From the IMG/VR virus record IMGVR_UViG_3300030110_003684: a stretch of 64,000 nucleotides of DNA; one strand, given 5' to 3'. Below are positions 63,893 through 64,000 of the stretch, piece by piece. A model generated the notes under the pieces. The model searched no databases and was not told the origin of the DNA. It saw nothing but the letters and a program-made list of their open reading frames with translations. Position 1 is the stretch's first letter; every line of letters starts with the position of its first letter. This DNA comes from an uncultured virus (IMG/VR IMGVR_UViG_3300030110_003684) (lineage: Duplodnaviria; Heunggongvirae; Uroviricota; Caudoviricetes). The translations under genes and the position numbers were made by a program.

Positions 63893-64000
63893 AGCACAAG
63901 TAAAATCCAGATGGTATTACGTTTTTTGGGGGACTGCTACAGTATCAGTTGTCCTTGGGCAATTGTATGTCGGCACTGGGTATCGTGTTTTGCATAATGA
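63876..64000 (+). CDS. Hypothetical membrane protein (partial, runs off the window end)
   Basis: MKTKIKAQVKSRWYYVFWGTATVSVVLGQLYVGTGYRVLHN...; basic N-terminus followed by a hydrophobic segment. Confidence 0.6.
   Translation, partial: MKTKIKAQVKSRWYYVFWGTATVSVVLGQLYVGTGYRVLHN

Noticed and set aside
1..64000. tRNAs, introns, inteins, homing endonucleases, integrase or IS elements
   Set aside because: Intergenic gaps are short with no cloverleaf seen; core genes (gp17, gp20, gp23, uvsW, gp44, gp46) have normal lengths and are uninterrupted; no such motifs were recognised by eye

Overview
64 kb, AT-rich, essentially all plus-strand segment of a T4-like marine cyanophage (myovirus, Kyanoviridae-like). 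Gene order: a GT-A glycosyltransferase-like gene and hypotheticals; baseplate genes gp25-gp6-giant gp7-gp8-VrlC-like; neck/terminase genes gp13-17 with an accessory island between gp16 and gp17; purM; tail/head genes gp18-gp23; a flavin-dependent halogenase; gp3-uvsY-2OG oxygenase-uvsW-gp55-gp47-gp46; an epimerase plus sulfotransferase; a HExxH/VWA protein plus a MoxR/CobS-like AAA ATPase; then gp45, speD, gp44 and purS. Many gp55-type late promoters (NTAAATA) and several sigma70-type promoters can be read directly. No tRNA, rRNA, CRISPR array, intron or intein was seen. The most interesting candidates are all inferred by eye without database searches: (1) a 651-aa polyprotein of small basic/Cys modules separated by [ILVM]-x-E prohead-protease-like sites, preceded by a 42-aa peptide with a capsid-targeting-like N-terminus; (2) a pervasive G-[IVL]-[GA]-[TS]-T motif confined to outer virion proteins, alongside glycan-modifying enzymes, suggesting virion glycosylation; (3) an NblA-like ORF missed by the ORF track; (4) a late-promoter-driven short halogenase; (5) back-to-back sigma70 promoters sharing a palindromic -35 at gp55; (6) a repeated box-hairpin-(-10) promoter architecture.
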